A stretch of DNA of 60,365 nucleotides, from positions 1 to 60,365 of the IMG/VR virus record IMGVR_UViG_3300050138_000232. One strand, given 5' to 3'. Every line of letters starts with the position of its first letter. The first letter of the stretch is position 1. Under the pieces are notes generated by a model that saw nothing but the letters and a program-made list of their open reading frames with translations, had not been told where the DNA came from and did not search any database. Both the position numbers and the translations under genes were made by a program. This DNA is from a virus. Lineage: Duplodnaviria; Caudoviricetes. Positions 36,774 through 46,012 of the stretch are shown here, one piece after another.

Positions 36774-38848
36774 TGGGAACGATCACACCCTCAGTAGCTG
36801 GTGGTAATTGGAGTGCAACAGGAGCATGGACTCTAGGTGTTGTACCTACTGCGGCAGATGATGTTGTTTTTCATGCTGGAGCAGGAAATATAACAGTTGA
36901 TGGAACCTCTGGAAGTCCATCTTTATGTCGTTCCCTTGATTTGAATACATTTTCTTATGCTGGAACTCTTACTATGGGTAGCACAGCAGTTCTGACAATT
37001 GGTGATAGTGCTGGTGGCAGTATGACAATGCCTTCTACTGGACTAACATTCGCACCTAATGCTACATCAAAGATAAATTTCGTTTCCACTACAACGGGTA
37101 ATACTATAACCACTGGAGGCCATACCTATGGTGCAATAGTATTTAATGGTTCTGGTGGTGGATGGACATTGCAAGATGCTTTTAAAGCTCCTTCTGCTGG
37201 CTCTACTGTGCTTCTTACGCTTACTGCCGGGACACTCGACACCAATGGCCAGACAATAACTAACTTTAATTTTTCCGGTGCATCTGGCGCGACTTTAACT
37301 CTTGGCGCGACAGCTTGGAATGCTCGTACCTTGTGGTCAGCTAATTCGGGGATGACCCTTAACGCCAATACGTCCACTATAACGGTTAGTACTAACACTA
37401 TTGGCAATGCATTTGCAGGAGGAGGGCTTACTTATAATAACGTAACGCTTTCTCCTTCCCTCGGCGGAACGATTGCGATTACAGGAGCCAATGTTTATGC
37501 TACACTAACGCTCTCTCCAACATCAGGTGCAGCCAAAACTTCTGTAATATCTATACCAAATAGTGCCACCCAAACCTGCACTAATCTTACATGCACCGGC
37601 AATTCAGCAGCAAATCGTTTCCTATTTGAAAGTGACCTTGTAGGTACGGCTGCTACAGTATCTTGCTCAACCACGGTGTCAGTAACTCATGTTGATTTTC
37701 AGGATATAACCGCTGCCGGGGCAGCCAGTTGGGATAAACATACATCTACTAATTTTGGAGATGCTGGAGGCAATACAGGTATCGCATTCACTACAGCTCA
37801 AACTAATTTCTATCAAACTGCTGTGACTGATAATTTCTCTACAACCGCTAAATGGTTCTTAGCCACAAATGGTGGGGGTGGCGCTGGACGTATTCCCCTG
37901 CCGCAGGATACAGGCCGCTTTGATGCAAACTCTGTTACCGCAGCTAGTAAAACCGTAACGCAAGATATGCCAAGGATGGGAAGTATTAACTGGACAAGTG
38001 TAGCAAACTCGCCGGTTTGCGCTTTAGGAACCAATTCAATTCTTGGAAGCACAATAACTTTTACTTCTGCGATGTCAGTTACAGGAACACTTACAACGGC
38101 GGGGCGGGGCACTCAGACACTTACGTGCGGTGCTTTGACCCTACTGGCTGTTACGGCAAACGGTTTTGGCGGAACATTGACTCTAGCTGATACCTTCGCT
38201 AGCTCCGCCACCGTTACCTTAACGCAGGGAACTTTCGATGCTGCAACCAATAATGTAACGGTAACTTCAAGTGCTTTTGTTAGTTCAAATTCCAATACCA
38301 GAACTCTTAAAATGGGTTCTGCAAAATGGACATTAAATGGAACGGGAACAATTTGGAATACCGGAACTACTACAGGGTTAACTATTTCAAATAGTACTGG
38401 GACGATAGAATTATCCGATACGTCAGCTTCCGCTAAAACTTTCACCAGTGGCGGCATTTCGATGACGGGCGAAGGAATACAGGTTGACGGCGCAGCAAGC
38501 GCCGGGATTGTTACTTTTTCAGGCGCTATGTCAATTGCCAATATGGCATGGCAAGCTAACTGCTCAATTAAATTTACCATTAATACCACCTATACTGTGA
38601 CGGGGTTATCAACTACTGCTTCAAGTGGTAATACCGCTACAATTGCTAGTACAACAGCCAGTACTAAAGCGACTATTTCATGTGCTAATAATGTGGATTT
38701 AGACTGGTTGGTTCTAACCGATAATACAGCAACTAATAATATTCCTTTTTATGCGGGGCCAGATTCGACTTTGTTAAGAACTTCGAATTGGAGTAATACC
38801 AATAGACCTGCCGGTGGTGTTAATTCTAATTTCTTTATGTTCATGTAA
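36773..38848 (+). CDS. Large Thr/Gly/Ser-rich beta-helix/adhesin-like virion protein
   Basis: GNWS...W..G.VP..ADDV motif, repeated LT.GT.D.N...T..F strands. Confidence 0.7.
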   Translation: MGTITPSVAGGNWSATGAWTLGVVPTAADDVVFHAGAGNITVDGTSGSPSLCRSLDLNTFSYAGTLTMGSTAVLTIGDSAGGSMTMPSTGLTFAPNATSKINFVSTTTGNTITTGGHTYGAIVFNGSGGGWTLQDAFKAPSAGSTVLLTLTAGTLDTNGQTITNFNFSGASGATLTLGATAWNARTLWSANSGMTLNANTSTITVSTNTIGNAFAGGGLTYNNVTLSPSLGGTIAITGANVYATLTLSPTSGAAKTSVISIPNSATQTCTNLTCTGNSAANRFLFESDLVGTAATVSCSTTVSVTHVDFQDITAAGAASWDKHTSTNFGDAGGNTGIAFTTAQTNFYQTAVTDNFSTTAKWFLATNGGGGAGRIPLPQDTGRFDANSVTAASKTVTQDMPRMGSINWTSVANSPVCALGTNSILGSTITFTSAMSVTGTLTTAGRGTQTLTCGALTLLAVTANGFGGTLTLADTFASSATVTLTQGTFDAATNNVTVTSSAFVSSNSNTRTLKMGSAKWTLNGTGTIWNTGTTTGLTISNSTGTIELSDTSASAKTFTSGGISMTGEGIQVDGAASAGIVTFSGAMSIANMAWQANCSIKFTINTTYTVTGLSTTASSGNTATIASTTASTKATISCANNVDLDWLVLTDNTATNNIPFYAGPDSTLLRTSNWSNTNRPAGGVNSNFFMFM

Positions 38849-38915
38849 TCATTGAAATTAATCTCTTGTCCTGATATTCTATATTGAATGCTTACGAGTA
38901 CAGGAATAATATGAC

Positions 38916-39128
38916 ATGGACAAGGAAACCGCTGAAAGACTCCGAAACCTAGAGATCGAACAAGGCATTGATAGAGGTGTGCATAAATGGATACGAACGG
39001 TCTGCATAACATCGACCTCGACATTCATGGGATTCTGCATTTGGCTGGGAGGCCAACTTTACGACAAATTCGATGCGATCAAAGCAGGAGTTTTGGCATT
39101 CCTAGCCGCTGGCAGGCATGGACCATGA
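38916..39128 (+). CDS. Small membrane protein of the lysis region
   Basis: Charged N-terminus plus one hydrophobic segment. Confidence 0.55.
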   Translation: MDKETAERLRNLEIEQGIDRGVHKWIRTVCITSTSTFMGFCIWLGGQLYDKFDAIKAGVLAFLAAGRHGP

Positions 39129-39292
39129 GAATGCATTATTGTATGTGGATAGCGATGGCTATTTCTTTCATAGTGTTTGGGATGCTGTGGCGTGGTCGTG
39201 AAGATATGATTATCCAGCAGAACATTAATGCCGCTACTGCAGCAGTTTTCATGAGTATGCCAATAAAATCATTAACGGAATATAAGATATGA
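39125..39292 (+). CDS. Small N-terminally anchored membrane protein
   Basis: ATGA overlaps on both sides; TM segment. Confidence 0.5.
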   Translation: MRMHYCMWIAMAISFIVFGMLWRGREDMIIQQNINAATAAVFMSMPIKSLTEYKI

Positions 39293-39684
39293 CCGATTCA
39301 AATGTTAATGATTTATGCACAGAACTATTACCTATCTACCGTGAATGGATGATGCAGTGTAATGCGGCTGGATTGGCAGTTAAAGCTATTGTGACATATC
39401 GCTCAGCAACCGATCAGAATACCGCTAAAGCTAAAGGACTCAGCAAAGCTGCATCAGGAGAATCACCACATAATTGCTGTGATAACGATGGAAATCCCGC
39501 TAGTAAAGCTTTTGATTTTGCGTGTTTTGACACAGATGGAAAATACATAACCGATGGAACTGATGATAGTTATCGCCAAGCTGGTGAAATAGGTGTACAA
39601 TTAGGATTAGTATGGGGTGGGGACTGGTCTGGCTTCAAAGATTGGGATCACTTGGAATTATCAAATTGGAGGACTAATGTTTAA
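39289..39684 (+). CDS. Endolysin, M15 family L-Ala-D-Glu peptidase
   Basis: YRS...Q, SPHN...AFD, WGGDW..F.D..HLE zinc ligands. Confidence 0.92.
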   Translation: MTDSNVNDLCTELLPIYREWMMQCNAAGLAVKAIVTYRSATDQNTAKAKGLSKAASGESPHNCCDNDGNPASKAFDFACFDTDGKYITDGTDDSYRQAGEIGVQLGLVWGGDWSGFKDWDHLELSNWRTNV

Positions 39685-39952
39685 TCACCTTAAAAACGAA
39701 CTAGCCTCTATATGGCATAAGCTAGTAACCGGTTCCGAAAAGGATGCCGACAACATAATCGAATGGTTTAACAACAAAGAGAAGGAAATTCTTATGACTA
39801 TTGCTGACGATATCGCCACAATCAAAGCCGCTGTGACTGCTCCTGCTGTTCCAGTAACCGTTGACCTCACTCCGGTTGAAACTGCTGTAGCTGGCGTAAA
39901 AACAGATACTGCTGCTATTCTAGCGGAATTGACTCCTACGCCTAAACCGTAA
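39677..39952 (+). CDS. Hypothetical protein
   Basis: SD GGAGG before ATG 39677; possible second in-frame start at MTIADD. Confidence 0.6.
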   Translation: MFNHLKNELASIWHKLVTGSEKDADNIIEWFNNKEKEILMTIADDIATIKAAVTAPAVPVTVDLTPVETAVAGVKTDTAAILAELTPTPKP

Positions 39953-39953
39953 T

Positions 39954-40361
39954 ATGGCTTTTGACCCCGTTACCGCAGGGCTGGATTTCGCTGGTAAATT
40001 GCTTGATAAGCTATTTCCAGACCCTACGGCACGGGCACAAGCTCAAATTCAACTTCTACAGATCCAGCAATCTGGAGAACTCGCGCAACTTTCTATAGAC
40101 CAAGAAGAAGCAAAAAACGAAAATATCTTCGTTTCAGGATGGCGACCAGCTCTTGGATGGGTATGTGTTGCAGCTTTTGCTTATCATTATGTTTTTCAAC
40201 CTTTCTTGATTTTTTTGCTTACGCAATTTGGAGCAAAAGTAATATTACCGGATTTCGATATGAATACGCTTTCTACAGTTCTTATGGGTATGCTTGGCCT
40301 TGGTAGCCTTCGTACTGTCGAGAAAATGTCTGATAAAGCGCAAATGCCATGGCAAAAGTAG
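39954..40361 (+). CDS. Holin, 3TM (GTA-type) family
   Basis: LDKLFPDP...A, EA...FVSGWRP.LGWVC, L.GMLGLG.LRT.EK. Confidence 0.9.
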   Translation: MAFDPVTAGLDFAGKLLDKLFPDPTARAQAQIQLLQIQQSGELAQLSIDQEEAKNENIFVSGWRPALGWVCVAAFAYHYVFQPFLIFLLTQFGAKVILPDFDMNTLSTVLMGMLGLGSLRTVEKMSDKAQMPWQK

Positions 40362-40465
40362 CCATTATATCACTTCTTCTCCTCACCTCTTGTTCCTGCC
40401 ATGATTGGGGCACCCGATGTCCCCTCATTTTCCCAAGGGCTGATTATATGGATTTTATCGGATAA
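40349..40465 (+). CDS. 38-aa lipoprotein (MAKVAIISLLLLTSC...), candidate o-spanin/Rz1-like
   Basis: Lipobox LTSC; overlaps the holin end; stop abuts the convergent gene. Confidence 0.5.
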   Translation: MAKVAIISLLLLTSCSCHDWGTRCPLIFPRADYMDFIG

Positions 40466-40750
40466 TCAGTCCTCTAGAACTTTTCTGAGATGCTCGTCAT
40501 CTTCATCGATATGAGAATAAACTTTAGCTAACATCGACCCATCAGTATGCCCCATCGTAGCGGCGATTTCCAGATGGCCATGCTTTGCCTTTAGCTTCCT
40601 AGTGGCGTAACCGTGCCTAGCATCATACATGCATAATTTCTTGCCAGATATACAATGCATTCCCGGCCCAACATATTTTGCACTATTTTCCATAGCATCA
40701 GCCATTAGATTTATGGCGAAAACCCGGTCTTCTTCTGGCATATCTGTCAT
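40466..40750 (-). pseudogene. Chimeric ORF ending in a tyrosine recombinase C-terminal fragment
   Basis: YDARHGYAT...IAATMGH....ML.KVYSH = box II RH, GH and catalytic Tyr; rest of integrase absent. Confidence 0.7.
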
Positions 40751-40897
40751 TCGTCATCTCGTGTCTTAGTAGAGTGAACGGTCAATTTTGGCGTCGTTGA
40801 CTTCTTCCTCGGTTTCCGGGATGTCCGTATGCTTGCTAGGTTCAACACTGGTCAGTGTTGGCGCATTTTTCGCACATCATCTTTAGCGGGTAAGCCT

Positions 40898-41083
40898 TCA
40901 ATCGTTCATTCTCGCGCCCGTTTCTTCGCCGCCAGTGTAGATGTAGTCCGTTGGCGTAACAGTGACGCATAAACCCACCTCGAAACAATGCTCACGGCAA
41001 ATCTGCTTGATGATGGCTATATCGCCAGCAACAAAGATATTGCAGTAGAAGGTATCGCATTGCTCTTTTGTTAGCTTTTTCAC
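40898..41083 (-). CDS. Hypothetical protein, probably 3-prime truncated
   Basis: GLCVTVTPT.YIYTGGEE.G motif then abrupt stop. Confidence 0.55.
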   Translation of the reverse strand: MKKLTKEQCDTFYCNIFVAGDIAIIKQICREHCFEVGLCVTVTPTDYIYTGGEETGARMND

Positions 41084-41490
41084 GATAACTGACCTTCTAT
41101 TTTGGTAGTCTCGGTTAGTATTGCTAAAGCTGCCTTAGCTCTATCTCCGCATCTCGCTGTAAAATCATGGTGTGTTCCAAATGCTCTATCTGCCAAGGCT
41201 GCAATATCTTCTAATGCGATTTTTAGCTTTTCCACCTCACCCGATTCCCGCATGGTTGATAATGCTGTTTCCCAAGCCCTCTGATAAATCATTGTTGCGG
41301 CCAGCATGAACTCTAACCCACGCGCTCTGTATTGCTCCAAATAAGCGTTCTGCTTTGCAAGCATGATTTCATCTTGCGACAACTCAACCGGCTGTCCGGT
41401 TTTGGCGGCATGCAGGACTTTTTCTAGATCGGCAGATTCCATGCCCAAAATATCCGCTGCTTTAGCTATACGCTGCCTTTCAATCGACAT
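41080..41490 (-). CDS. Hypothetical protein
   Basis: Coupled overlaps. Confidence 0.65.
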   Translation of the reverse strand: MSIERQRIAKAADILGMESADLEKVLHAAKTGQPVELSQDEIMLAKQNAYLEQYRARGLEFMLAATMIYQRAWETALSTMRESGEVEKLKIALEDIAALADRAFGTHHDFTARCGDRAKAALAILTETTKIEGQLS

Positions 41491-42139
41491 ACTTCACCCC
41501 TGCTGCGTCTAGGACGGCTTTTGCTTCTCTGTCGCAGAAATTGCCACAGGCATCTGCGTAAGATGGGGACAATACTTTCGGGAATCTTGCCTTAAGCAGA
41601 GCAATAGCACATACCACACCCGACACCGGCTTGAGTTGCTTATTCAATTCGTAGTATTTCTTCTTGTAAAACTCGGCCTGCTCATAAGCGGCGGTGTATG
41701 CGCCTTCCAGAGATTCGGTGTCCGAAATCTCCCCGGATGAGATAGGTTCCGTTGCACGGAGGTAAGGGCGGATTGCTTTCAAAGCTGACACCATAGATTC
41801 CCGACAGCATCCGATATTATCGTGCTGGTTTTCAAGCTGGTCATTGGCATATGCATCAATCATTATTCCGAGTAAATATGCATCATTCTTTGTGGCGTTA
41901 TCCCGTATCTCACTCGTATTGGCAGGGGATGGCGTTGCCGCGCCCGCGCTCACGCTACTGGATTGAATAGCGGCGTTCGCCTCATCCTTACGGGTAGAGG
42001 CATCCCCCATAGCTGCATCCACAACCTGCTTAATAAGGTCGTAAATATTTCCTTCAATGATTTTACCGTCTTTATCAAAGCCTAGCCGTACATAAGCGGC
42101 AGCGGCTGCATGGTAATCGATTGGCGGTTCGGTTTTCAT
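41480..42139 (-). CDS. Hypothetical modular protein
   Basis: SD AGGAG; coupled. Confidence 0.7.
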   Translation of the reverse strand: MKTEPPIDYHAAAAAYVRLGFDKDGKIIEGNIYDLIKQVVDAAMGDASTRKDEANAAIQSSSVSAGAATPSPANTSEIRDNATKNDAYLLGIMIDAYANDQLENQHDNIGCCRESMVSALKAIRPYLRATEPISSGEISDTESLEGAYTAAYEQAEFYKKKYYELNKQLKPVSGVVCAIALLKARFPKVLSPSYADACGNFCDREAKAVLDAAGVKYVD

Positions 42140-42327
42140 GGTTTATTCTCCTGTATTAAATCACTTGTCTTGGACATGGCTTCCAGTACGTGCTTATGGC
42201 CGTCAGTCACGCCCTTTTCATATCCATCTGCATAGCCACGCTTCTTACCTGCGAAATAGTAAAGAACCACGCACAATGCCCATAGCGCACTTACAATAAG
42301 CAACTCATTCAGCGAATCGTTGGTCAT
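42136..42327 (-). CDS. Small membrane protein (GY..GY..G motif)
   Basis: TM segment; ATGA overlaps. Confidence 0.65.
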   Translation of the reverse strand: MTNDSLNELLIVSALWALCVVLYYFAGKKRGYADGYEKGVTDGHKHVLEAMSKTSDLIQENKP

Positions 42328-42506
42328 CCACCTAATATCCTTCCATTTTCACCAAACTTTTTGCCCATTTCCCATTGCGCGGTTCGTTCAGGTGTAGAAA
42401 ACCAGCCAATGTGACAGTTGCGCGTGTTCGGCCCATTTTCTCCGCAGTCCACTCCAGCCCAATAAGGCGATTCAAGCGGTTTCTCAACAATCATTTCCTT
42501 GGTCAT
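42324..42506 (-). CDS. Hypothetical protein (AG.DC..NGPN..NCH...F)
   Basis: ATGA coupling at 42503-42506. Confidence 0.65.
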   Translation of the reverse strand: MTKEMIVEKPLESPYWAGVDCGENGPNTRNCHIGWFSTPERTAQWEMGKKFGENGRILGG

Positions 42507-42790
42507 GTGCGCTCCCATACTTTTGATTGCCGAGCTATTTGCAGGACAGAACTTAAAGCCATATCCGCTTTGTATGCTTGACCCTGAAGGCATATAAATG
42601 CGAAATCTAGCTCAATGATTTGCTCATCCCCTTTTGAGGCGCTTGCCACTATCTTCTCAGCCTCATCTCTTGGGTAAAGACCTGCCGAAGCTATATTGAT
42701 GGCATAGCCCTGTGAGTTGTCTCGCCAGTACGCCTTATGCTCATTGCTCCAAATAAGCACTCTATCTTGCTTGATGCTCGTATCCGTCAT
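42503..42790 (-). CDS. Hypothetical protein (IWSNEH..YWR....GY...AG.Y...EA)
   Basis: SD GGAGG; ATGA overlap. Confidence 0.7.
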   Translation of the reverse strand: MTDTSIKQDRVLIWSNEHKAYWRDNSQGYAINIASAGLYPRDEAEKIVASASKGDEQIIELDFAFICLQGQAYKADMALSSVLQIARQSKVWERT

Positions 42791-43071
42791 ACTTCCTCCG
42801 GCGGCTCAGGTAGCGGCATCCAATGGGTTGGGGCCTTGTAGCCCTCCAGCTTCGATTGAGACACCGAGTTTTCTGTGTAGGACCACCAGCCCTCCCAATC
42901 TTCCAACGAGTCCCAGCCGCCGCAATACTGGCCGGATGTTTCCCACTCTTCCTTGGTGCGATACCAGGCGATGTGGACAACGGGGACCGTGGCGACACCC
43001 TTCCATACCAGAATCTCGGTTCCATCTTTCGGGGCTGTTTCTATCGGTTGCCAACCGGAGTTCGTGTTCAT
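42787..43071 (-). CDS. DUF551-family protein
   Basis: WQPIETAPKDG...PTHWMPLPEPP. Confidence 0.85.
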   Translation of the reverse strand: MNTNSGWQPIETAPKDGTEILVWKGVATVPVVHIAWYRTKEEWETSGQYCGGWDSLEDWEGWWSYTENSVSQSKLEGYKAPTHWMPLPEPPEEV

Positions 43072-43265
43072 ATGCCGCTACCTTGTAGTAATTTTAGCAC
43101 CTTGCGGGCCTTTTTCTGGAAGTGATCTATTGTCCTGGCGGCACTCATATCCCCGCCCTGGGCCGCAACCTCCATAGCCTCCCACGTAGGCCAGTATGGC
43201 TCATCATCAGAAAGGTATAAAGCTGCGGCCATTGTCTTCTCATCTATCAGATCGTTGGGGTTCAT
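43068..43265 (-). CDS. Hypothetical protein
   Basis: ATGA overlaps. Confidence 0.6.
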   Translation of the reverse strand: MNPNDLIDEKTMAAALYLSDDEPYWPTWEAMEVAAQGGDMSAARTIDHFQKKARKVLKLLQGSGI

Positions 43266-43471
43266 GGCTTGCCCTCCAGCGTATTTATCACCGCGCTCAA
43301 TGCGCTATCTAACCCGCGACATTCCTCACCACCGTCTATGAGGATTTGTAATTGGTTCACGGCAGCGTTGATACGGTCATTGCGTACCGATAACGTTTGG
43401 CTCAATATATCAATTACAGCTTGCGGGTCTTGACCCTTGGCTATGCTGAGAATCATATCTTCTATTTTCAT
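43262..43471 (-). CDS. Hypothetical protein
   Basis: ATGA overlap. Confidence 0.6.
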   Translation of the reverse strand: MKIEDMILSIAKGQDPQAVIDILSQTLSVRNDRINAAVNQLQILIDGGEECRGLDSALSAVINTLEGKP

Positions 43472-43477
43472 CTCCGT

Positions 43478-43765
43478 TCAACCCTTTGTTCGTTGCGGTT
43501 CGATCCCTACCGATATGCTAATTACACCTGCGGAAAATAATGCCTCTTGGCATGATTGGCATACGTATGAGTGGCCCTGTATGTAGGCTCTAGCGCCTGG
43601 AGCCGCCCACATTACCTTTTTTAAGGCATCTTTTTCAGCGTGATTCGACTGTCCGCATATACTTAGGCATTTTTCATAATCTTCGCCTGGCAATCTGGGG
43701 CATACCGTTTGAGGATTGGCGCACCAATTAGACCCGGTAACTATCTCTCCAGCAGGGAATACCAA
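43478..43765 (-). pseudogene. dCMP/cytidine deaminase-like protein, likely lacking its native start
   Basis: HAE and C..C zinc motifs; frame continues upstream as ATVTCTLVF with no ATG or SD. Confidence 0.65.
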
Positions 43766-44166
43766 AGTGCATGTAACTGTTGCTTGCCAACATAGGTTTT
43801 GGCATAGCCGTGCATAATTGGGTTCTCGATGCAGATGCGATCAATCCGAGCCTGCATTAAGCGCCAGAAGAAATGAGCACCTGCCAGCATGTCATGCCAT
43901 CTAGTAATATTCGGGCCATTCTCCTTTTTCATACCATTGTAGAGGTGTTTATTACTGCTGTTGGCTAGGAAAGTACATGGCGGGTGGGCAATCATCAGGT
44001 CGTAATGGCCTGGGTAAATATCGAGAATACGGAACACATCAGATTGAAGATGGTAGCGGCTGTCGCCTTCGCACGGAAGGATGTCGCAGCTCCAAGCATC
44101 ATGACCTCGCTCACGAAAAGCATCCCTGACCGTTCCTGAAAATTCACATGCTACTAAAACTCTCAT
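43741..44166 (-). pseudogene. C5 DNA cytosine methyltransferase-like protein, C-terminally truncated
   Basis: VLVACEFSG, AHPPC (motif IV), IENP (motif VI); ends before motif VIII. Confidence 0.75.
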
Positions 44167-44378
44167 GACCCTACTGAATCCCTCGATGGTTGCTCGCGTC
44201 TGCGAAGCTCAGCGCCAGCTTCCAGGATATCTTTAAGCGTGTATCCCTTGCTTTTTAGGAGGGCCACTGCATCGCCAATACTCATGTCTTTCTGATTTTT
44301 CGCACATTCAACTTCATGGCCAAACAGCCCAGGGCCATTGTGGTATTCTCGTTCGCAATATTTGCATGCTCTTTTCAT
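44163..44378 (-). CDS. Zinc-finger-like hypothetical protein
   Basis: C..C......GL..H...C. Confidence 0.6.
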   Translation of the reverse strand: MKRACKYCEREYHNGPGLFGHEVECAKNQKDMSIGDAVALLKSKGYTLKDILEAGAELRRREQPSRDSVGS

Positions 44379-44393
44379 ATGCTCACCCTACAT

Positions 44394-44630
44394 TTACTTC
44401 TGGCCGGTCTTTGGCGTTTTCGACGCCTTGATCGCCAATTGACCATAATCGTAAATCACCGCTGATCTGAAAGCATAATCGCCGGTCTTGGTTTTCTTCA
44501 CGCCCACGAGCACCACTCTGTAGCGTACTTTTTTCACCTTCTTGCCATCCCAGAACTGGGCTATCCCCCAACTTTCTTGTTCGTTGGCAACCTTCAATTC
44601 CTTGCCCTCTATCTCAACTGTGCAGCACAT
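44394..44630 (-). CDS. Basic hypothetical protein
   Basis: SD GGGAG. Confidence 0.6.
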   Translation of the reverse strand: MCCTVEIEGKELKVANEQESWGIAQFWDGKKVKKVRYRVVLVGVKKTKTGDYAFRSAVIYDYGQLAIKASKTPKTGQK

Positions 44631-44648
44631 TGTTTCACTCCCGATCCG

Positions 44649-44867
44649 TTAATTCGTTTTGGTAGCTGCGATGGCGCACATGCTTTTGTTTGAATCACCA
44701 GCGCCAAAGACTGAGCATGTAGCCTTGATAGGGTCTGCGCCTTTATCGACCATTTGCTGCAATGTGTTGGTTTGATACATCGTGCAGCCGCTTCCACTCA
44801 GAACCAGCACACAGAAGCACATCCCAACGATTTTCCAAATGCCGTACCAGAATTTATTATCTTCCAT
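44649..44867 (-). CDS. Small membrane/lipoprotein-like protein
   Basis: SD AAGGAG; hydrophobic N-terminus, GC, GADPI.A.C. Confidence 0.65.
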   Translation of the reverse strand: MEDNKFWYGIWKIVGMCFCVLVLSGSGCTMYQTNTLQQMVDKGADPIKATCSVFGAGDSNKSMCAIAATKTN

Positions 44868-44919
44868 TTTCGTCTCCTTTGTTAATGTTCAAAACCGAAA
44901 CCGTTATTCTGACTGGTTA

Positions 44920-45831
44920 CTAATCGTTACTGCCGCTATCGAAGCCGGAATCACCAGAATCGAAACTTGATGATCCAGAGTCAAACGATGAGCTATTATC
45001 GCTTCCTGAGTCGAAATCATTGTCGTTTGAGCTACTGCTTGAGCCAGCATCAAATGAATTGTTTTGGACAGAGTTATTGGTGGTCGTATCTCTCTCAATA
45101 ATCGTCTGGCGATCAATAACCGTATTATTTCTGCCATGATTAGACATCATGCTACCAAGAATCATGCCTTCGACAAGACCGCCATTGCCACCTGAGTTAT
45201 AGTTGTTCACTACGTGCGGGGCAGCGGGTGCTGCATAAGATGGCTGATAGTAGCCATTGCCTGCCGGACGGTAAGCCTGCTGGCTAGTTGGCCTAGCAGA
45301 TGCCTCCGGCGCTGTTGACGCATAGGCAGGATGGTTTGCGGCAGGATTAGGTGTATAAGGCTTAGGCTGTGCTTTTGGCTCTGGCTCATCTTTTGGCCTG
45401 CAACTCCAAATCCAATACGCTAAACCACCAATGCCCGACAAAAGCAATAATTTCAAAAACCAATGGCTGCTTTCTTCTTTATTTGAAATTTCTGGCGCTT
45501 CGACTTTACCAAGATTCATTTCAACCTTATCCATTTTTGTTCTGAATTCTTCAGGACTGGAAGCAAAACTAAGGGATTTATCCAGACTTGCAGACTTTTT
45601 TAATTCCGAGTATGCCCCTTTATATTCGCCCTCAGTCGCCAATATCTGCCCCATGTAATAATGTGCCTTGGCATTGTCTGGGTGGTCTTTCAACATCTGC
45701 TTGGTTAGCATCTCCGCTGTTTTAACATCGCCAATTTTCATTTTCTCAACAACATCATTCGGTGTAATTTCTGCAAAAGCGATTGCTGGAAATAGAAGGA
45801 GCGGTAATGTCGCTACCAATAGTTTATTCAT
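44920..45831 (-). CDS. Exported TPR protein with TM segment and Ser/Asp/Gly-rich tail
   Basis: Signal peptide MNKLL...AFA; L..HP.NAKAHY..G..L TPR; SFDSG repeats. Confidence 0.8.
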   Translation of the reverse strand: MNKLLVATLPLLLFPAIAFAEITPNDVVEKMKIGDVKTAEMLTKQMLKDHPDNAKAHYYMGQILATEGEYKGAYSELKKSASLDKSLSFASSPEEFRTKMDKVEMNLGKVEAPEISNKEESSHWFLKLLLLSGIGGLAYWIWSCRPKDEPEPKAQPKPYTPNPAANHPAYASTAPEASARPTSQQAYRPAGNGYYQPSYAAPAAPHVVNNYNSGGNGGLVEGMILGSMMSNHGRNNTVIDRQTIIERDTTTNNSVQNNSFDAGSSSSSNDNDFDSGSDNSSSFDSGSSSFDSGDSGFDSGSND

Positions 45832-45961
45832 CTGATTTTCCCTTTTTGTTAAATAGGTGTGATAGCTTATATTCCCAGCGATCACATAGACCGCGAAGTA
45901 TCCATGCGACGGCGAATCCTGTTAAGAAGTCGCCAACCAATACGATATTCATTCCCCACAT
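45824..45961 (-). CDS. 45-aa membrane peptide
   Basis: SD GGGGAG; overlaps next start. Confidence 0.5.
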   Translation of the reverse strand: MWGMNIVLVGDFLTGFAVAWILRGLCDRWEYKLSHLFNKKGKSDE

Positions 45962-46012
45962 TTTGCTTTATTCTCCCCTACTGATTTCTTTCTTCAGTTC
46001 TTAACGCTGCAC

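Noticed and set aside
40466-40750. Functional integrase / temperate lifestyle
   Set aside because: Only the last ~60 aa are present; no N-terminal domains, att site or CI-like repressor with peptidase domain seen
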